From NCBI GenBank assembly GCA_046765815.1, contig JBKPRG010000002.1:2501-66500 (forward strand): a stretch of DNA of 64,000 nucleotides, in the 5' to 3' direction. The position numbers and the translations under genes are program-made. Positions 59,675-64,000 of this stretch are shown here, in pieces (the stretch's first letter is position 1; each line of letters starts with the position of its first letter). Source of the DNA: Actinomycetota bacterium. GTDB taxonomy: Bacteria > Actinomycetota > Thermoleophilia > Gaiellales > Gaiellaceae. The notes under the pieces were generated by a model. It worked only from the letters and a program-made list of their open reading frames with translations. It was not told the origin of the DNA and made no database searches.

Positions 59675-61372
59675 ATGCAGCTGCGCCTCGATGCCGCCGA
59701 CAGGCTCGTGGAGCTCGTCGAGGAGCGCCGCGGGCCAGTCCCCGTGGACGAGGCGGCGCGGAAGGTGCTCAAGCTCGGACAGGCCGTGCCGGTCGGGCTC
59801 GCGCGGACGCTGCTCGACGAGGCGGTGGTCGCCGATGCGCGGCTGCGCTGGTCAGGCGACCTCGTCGCGCTCGCCGCGCCGCCCGGCGAGCACCTGCTGC
59901 TCGAGCAGGCGACGTTCGTGGTCTTCGATCTCGAGACGACGGGACTGCGGCCCGGGCTCGCCCGGCCGTGCGAGATCGGCGCCGTGCGTGTCCAGGCGCT
60001 GGAGCTCGGCGAGCGCTTCCAGACGCTCGCCAATCCCGGCGCCAAGCTGCAGCCGGCAATCGCCGCGCTGACGGGCCTCCGCGACGAGCAGCTGCGCCGC
60101 GCGCCGCCGGTCGCGGCGGCGGTGCGCCGCTTTCTCGCGTTCGCCGACGACTCCGTGCTGGTGGCGCACAACGCTCGCTTCGACATGGCGTTCCTCGACA
60201 ACGAGACGATGCGGCTCACGGGGCGCCGCGTCGCCGCGACCGTCGTCGACACGGTCGGTCTCGCACGGCGGCTGCTCGGGCGCCAGCCGGCGAACCTCGG
60301 CGCTCTGGCGTACCGCTTCGTGACCGACGCGCGACCCTGCCACCGGGCGCTGCCCGACGCCGAGGCGACGGCCGAGATCCTGCTCCGCCTGATCGGGATG
60401 GCCCAGGAGCGGGGGGCGCGTTCGGTCTCGGACCTCGTCGAGCTGGCGGCGACGCGGCCGCGGCGCATCCATCGCAAGCGCAACCTCGCGTTCGGCGCAC
60501 CGCAGCGGCCCGGCGTCTACCTCTTCCGCGACGCGCACGACCAGGTGCTCTACGTGGGCAAAGCGCGCGACCTGCGGGCGCGGCTGCGGTCGTACTTCCG
60601 CTCCGATCGGCAGCGGCCCGCGGTCGAGGGCGCGCTCGGCGCGCTCGAGCGGATCGAGTGGCGGATCACCGGCTCGGAGCTCGAGGCCGCGCTCGAGGAG
60701 CTGCGGCTGATCCGCGAGCTGCGTCCGCCGGCGAACGCGCGCTCGGCGCGGCCCGACCGCTACGTCTACCTGCGCCGCCGTGGCGACAGCGTTGTTTGTT
60801 CCGCAACGCCGGGGGCGCTCGGGCCGCTCAAGAGCCGGCGCCGCGCGCACCTCGCAGCGAGAGCGCTGCAGGGCGTCGAGTGGGAGACGATCGAGGAGGC
60901 CCTGCCGAAGCTGCGGGCGAAGCTGAAGCAACTCGCGTGCGACCTGCGCTTCGAGGACGCGGCGCGGCTGCGCGACCGGATCGCAGCGCTCGAAGAGGTC
61001 GTTCGCGAGCTGGAACGGATTGACCGCCTTCGGGCGCTCGCGGTGTGCGTCGTCGTCCCGGGCGAGGCCGAGGGCACGCGGCGCGGGTTCTTCGTCGCCA
61101 AGGGGCAGGTGGTGTGTGTCCGGCCGTACCACGGGCCGCAGGGGCTCGAGTGGCAGGCCGGGCTCGCCGCCGTCGCGCGCGCGAAACCGGCGCTCGCCCC
61201 GGAGGCGGCCGACGAGCTGCTGGCTGTCGCGTCCTTCCTGCGGCGGCCGCCGCCGGAGCTGGACGTCGTTCCGCTCCTACACTCCTACGCATGGAGGACG
61301 AGCTCCGGGCCTGGGCAGCCGGCGAAGGCTGGCGCAAGCTCGTCGCCGACGGCGTCACGGCGACGCCTGTGA
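59675..61372 (+). CDS. DEDDh 3'-5' exonuclease (DnaQ-like) - GIY-YIG (UvrC/Cho-like) fusion protein
   Basis: FVVFDLETTG (Exo I), VAHNARFDMAFL (Exo II), HRALPDAEAT (Exo III); then GVYLFRDAHDQVLYVGKARDLRARL GIY-YIG; UVR-like FEDAARLRDRIAAL. Confidence 0.8.
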   Translation: MQLRLDAADRLVELVEERRGPVPVDEAARKVLKLGQAVPVGLARTLLDEAVVADARLRWSGDLVALAAPPGEHLLLEQATFVVFDLETTGLRPGLARPCEIGAVRVQALELGERFQTLANPGAKLQPAIAALTGLRDEQLRRAPPVAAAVRRFLAFADDSVLVAHNARFDMAFLDNETMRLTGRRVAATVVDTVGLARRLLGRQPANLGALAYRFVTDARPCHRALPDAEATAEILLRLIGMAQERGARSVSDLVELAATRPRRIHRKRNLAFGAPQRPGVYLFRDAHDQVLYVGKARDLRARLRSYFRSDRQRPAVEGALGALERIEWRITGSELEAALEELRLIRELRPPANARSARPDRYVYLRRRGDSVVCSATPGALGPLKSRRRAHLAARALQGVEWETIEEALPKLRAKLKQLACDLRFEDAARLRDRIAALEEVVRELERIDRLRALAVCVVVPGEAEGTRRGFFVAKGQVVCVRPYHGPQGLEWQAGLAAVARAKPALAPEAADELLAVASFLRRPPPELDVVPLLHSYAWRTSSGPGQPAKAGASSSPTASRRRL

Positions 61373-62352
61373 CGCTTCGCCGCGGGCCGGCGGTGAAGAT
61401 CGTCGAGGGCGCACGCACCGAGACCGTGCCGCGGCCGGACTGGCCGGCTCGGCTCGACGACCTGCTCGCGACCGCGCGCAACGTCCACCTCCTGTCGCCC
61501 GACGGGGACCTGCATGCGCGGCGGACGAAGAAGGGGCGCTGGCTCGTCTCGCGCGGGCGGCCGTCGTCGACCAGCGCGCCGTCGGACGCGCACGACCGCG
61601 AGGTGCGGCACCCGCTGCCGAAGGAACATCCGCTCTTCAAGGCGACGCGGATCTCGCGCGACAAGGAGCGCCAGGTGCAGCACTACATCGAGCTCCTGCG
61701 TGGGCTGCCGGTGTGGGAGCGAGAAGGCGTCCGTGTCGTCGATGCCGGCTGCGGCAAGGCGTACATGAGCCTCGCGCTCGTCGCGTACGGCAGGGAGGTC
61801 GGCACCCGCGTCGAGCTCGTCGGGCTCGACGCGAATCCGGGCGTCGTCGACACCGTGCGCGGGATCGCGCGGCGCCTCGGCTACGACGAGGCGCGCTTCG
61901 AGGCGACGACGATCGAGGCGTGGTCGACGGACGAGCCGGTCGACCTGCTGGTCTCGCTACACGCGTGCGACACCGCGACGGATGAGGCGATCGCCGCCGG
62001 CGTCCGGCTCGGCGCGGACGCGATCGTCGTCGCACCGTGCTGCCACCACGAGCTGGCGGGGCAGATCGCGAAGCACGAGAAGGACGGCCTGCTCCGGCAT
62101 GCGCTGCTGCTCGGACGGCAGGCAGACCTAGTCACCGACGCGCTGCGGGCAAGCGCTCTGGAGACGCTCGGCTACCGGGTCGACGTGATCGAGTTCGTCG
62201 CCACCGAACACACGCCGAAGAACGTCATGCTGCGCGCCGAACGCGACCCTTCGCCGGCACGCACACGGCGCGCGCGCCGCGAGTACGTCGAGCTGCGCGA
62301 CCACTGGCGCGTGGATCCGGCGATCCAGCGCCTACTCCCGGCGCTAGCATGA
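61291..62352 (+). CDS. SAM-dependent methyltransferase-domain protein
   Basis: [15 protein letters not shown] motif I; [12 protein letters not shown]; ATG 61291 lies 82 nt inside the preceding ORF. Confidence 0.75.
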   Translation: MEDELRAWAAGEGWRKLVADGVTATPVTLRRGPAVKIVEGARTETVPRPDWPARLDDLLATARNVHLLSPDGDLHARRTKKGRWLVSRGRPSSTSAPSDAHDREVRHPLPKEHPLFKATRISRDKERQVQHYIELLRGLPVWEREGVRVVDAGCGKAYMSLALVAYGREVGTRVELVGLDANPGVVDTVRGIARRLGYDEARFEATTIEAWSTDEPVDLLVSLHACDTATDEAIAAGVRLGADAIVVAPCCHHELAGQIAKHEKDGLLRHALLLGRQADLVTDALRASALETLGYRVDVIEFVATEHTPKNVMLRAERDPSPARTRRARREYVELRDHWRVDPAIQRLLPALA

Positions 62353-63242
62353 GCGCGATGCACGAGATCGGGACCATGCGCGTCAAGAGCGGCCTGGCCG
62401 AGATGCTCAAAGGCGGCGTGATCATGGACGTGGTCGACGCCGAGCAGGCCAAGATCGCCGAGGAGGCCGGCGCCTGTGCGGTGATGGCGCTCGAGCGCGT
62501 GCCGGCCGACATTCGCCGCGACGGGGGGGTCGCGCGCATGTCGGATCCCGACAAGATCAAGGAGATCCAGGAAGCGGTCACGATCCCGGTGATGGCGAAG
62601 TGCCGCATCGGTCACTTCGCGGAGGCGCAGATCCTGCAGGCGCTCGAGATCGACTACATCGACGAGTCCGAGGTGCTGACGCCCGCCGACCTGGAGCATC
62701 ACGTCGACAAGTGGCAGTTCACGGTGCCGTTCGTGTGTGGCTGCACCAACCTCGGCGAGGCGCTGCGGCGGATCGCGGAAGGCGCGGCGATGATCCGCAC
62801 GAAGGGCGAGGCCGGCACCGGCGACATCGTCAACGCCGTCACGCACATGCGTGCCGTGTTCGGCGGCATTCGCCGGCTCGGAGCGCTGCGCAGCGAAGAG
62901 CTCTACGCCGAGGCGAAGCAGCTGCAGGCGCCCTACGAGCTCGTCAAGTGGGTCGCCGAGAACGGTCGTCTGCCCGTGGTCACGTTCACCGCCGGCGGCA
63001 TCGCGACCCCGGCGGACGCATCGCTGTGCATGCAGCTCGGCGCCGACGGCGTCTTCGTCGGCTCCGGCATCTTCAAGTCGGGCAACCCGTCGCAGCGCGC
63101 ACGCGCGATCGTCGAGGCGACGACGCACTACCTCGACGCCGACGTGCTCGCACGCGTCTCGGCCGGTCTCGGCGAAGCGATGGTCGGCATCTCGACGCAG
63201 TCGCTCGATCCGGCCGAGCTACTCGAGTCGCGCGGCTGGTAG
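62349..63242 (+). CDS. pdxS: Pyridoxal 5'-phosphate synthase lyase subunit PdxS
   Basis: [62 protein letters not shown]; ATGA overlap with upstream stop. Confidence 0.95.
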   Translation: MSAMHEIGTMRVKSGLAEMLKGGVIMDVVDAEQAKIAEEAGACAVMALERVPADIRRDGGVARMSDPDKIKEIQEAVTIPVMAKCRIGHFAEAQILQALEIDYIDESEVLTPADLEHHVDKWQFTVPFVCGCTNLGEALRRIAEGAAMIRTKGEAGTGDIVNAVTHMRAVFGGIRRLGALRSEELYAEAKQLQAPYELVKWVAENGRLPVVTFTAGGIATPADASLCMQLGADGVFVGSGIFKSGNPSQRARAIVEATTHYLDADVLARVSAGLGEAMVGISTQSLDPAELLESRGW

Positions 63243-64000
63243 CTACCTCTTAACCGCGAGGAAAACCAGCACCTGCGCGTTCTTCGGCGCGCGGCCGCCT
63301 GCCAGCGGTGACTGCTGGACGACGACGCCGACCTTCCCGCTCGCGACCGGGAACTTGACGTAGATCAGGCGCAGCTGTGCGCTGTTCAGGGCGCTGACCG
63401 CATCGTGCAGCGTGCGGCCGACCACGTTCGGCACCTGCATCAGCGGCTTCTGCCCCGGTCCAGTCGAGATGTTGATCTGGACGTGGGAGTGATAGGGCAG
63501 CGTCGTCCCCGCCGGCTTCGCCTGCTGCTCGACCGTGCCGAGTGGATCATCGGCCGGAACGAAGAACAAGCTTGCGAGGAGGCCCACACGGTTCATGGCG
63601 GTGACCGCGGCCTGCTCGGTCTGGTTGGAGACATCCGGCATCGTCGCCGAGGTGGGCTGAGGCGGCGCAGCGGTCGTCGTCGGGGTCGTCGTCGACGCCG
63701 ACGTTGTCGCGGCGCCCGTCGACGTGCCCTGCGTTGTCGTGCTGGACGAACGCGCGACCGAGAGAACGACGTCCCAGCCCTTCTGCAACTTGGCGCCAGG
63801 CTTCGGAGCCTGGTCGATGATCGTGCCCGCGGGCTGAGTGGACGCGGCCTGCGTCACGACGACGTGCAGGCCAAGCGCTGCGAGCTTGCGCTGTGCATCG
63901 GCGAGCGTCTGCCCGACGAGGTTCGGCGCCGTGATCTGCCGCTGCCCGGTTGCGTTCGTCGTCGTCGGCGCCGTCGTCGCGGCGGTGCTCGTCGCAGGCG
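63243..64000 (-). CDS. PASTA-domain protein, C-terminal part (5' end outside window; PknB-type kinase or PBP)
   Basis: Frame stays open to the window edge; PASTA units VPNVVGRTLHDAVSALNSAQL... and APNLVGQTLADAQRKLAALGL...; T/S/P-rich linkers. Confidence 0.75.
   Translation of the reverse strand, partial: PATSTAATTAPTTTNATGQRQITAPNLVGQTLADAQRKLAALGLHVVVTQAASTQPAGTIIDQAPKPGAKLQKGWDVVLSVARSSSTTTQGTSTGAATTSASTTTPTTTAAPPQPTSATMPDVSNQTEQAAVTAMNRVGLLASLFFVPADDPLGTVEQQAKPAGTTLPYHSHVQINISTGPGQKPLMQVPNVVGRTLHDAVSALNSAQLRLIYVKFPVASGKVGVVVQQSPLAGGRAPKNAQVLVFLAVKR

Overview
Very GC-rich, densely coding bacterial chromosomal segment with about 75 supportable genes. I recognise no rRNA, CRISPR array, transposase or integrase. 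Gene content and synteny look actinobacterial: comF-hpf-secA; prfB-ftsE-ftsX ... smpB-ssrA; a PspC-domain sensor kinase; a SARP regulator; a PASTA protein; several class III cyclase fusions. A deep-branching Thermoleophilia/Rubrobacteria-like lineage is possible, but that is a guess. Backbone genes: ahcY (partial), mtnA, secA, prfB (with the classical +1 frameshift CUU UGA C, which the ORF track splits), ftsEX, an RNase II/R-family exoribonuclease, smpB, tmRNA, a primary-like sigma-70, tRNA-Met(CAU), pdxS. Accessory patches: (i) a 5.6 kb integrase-less block bounded by the tmRNA 3' end and a displaced 26-nt copy of it, followed by a (CAT)7 microsatellite. (ii) At 28-40 kb, two paralogous cyclase-NTPase-TPR proteins, a LipJ-like hydrolase-cyclase, a stand-alone LanC-like protein, and a visibly lower-GC three-gene islet containing a KaiB-like thioredoxin-fold protein. 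(iii) At 55.7-57.7 kb next to tRNA-Met, two unusually long non-coding stretches that are diverged inverted copies of each other around a perfectly conserved 38-nt core. They flank a lipid kinase and an 88-aa coiled-coil protein carrying the RsiG-type c-di-GMP-binding motif. I do not see a complete, clearly novel multi-gene system; these items are the best leads. All functional calls come from motif recognition by eye. No searches or computations were run, and many start codons are uncertain.
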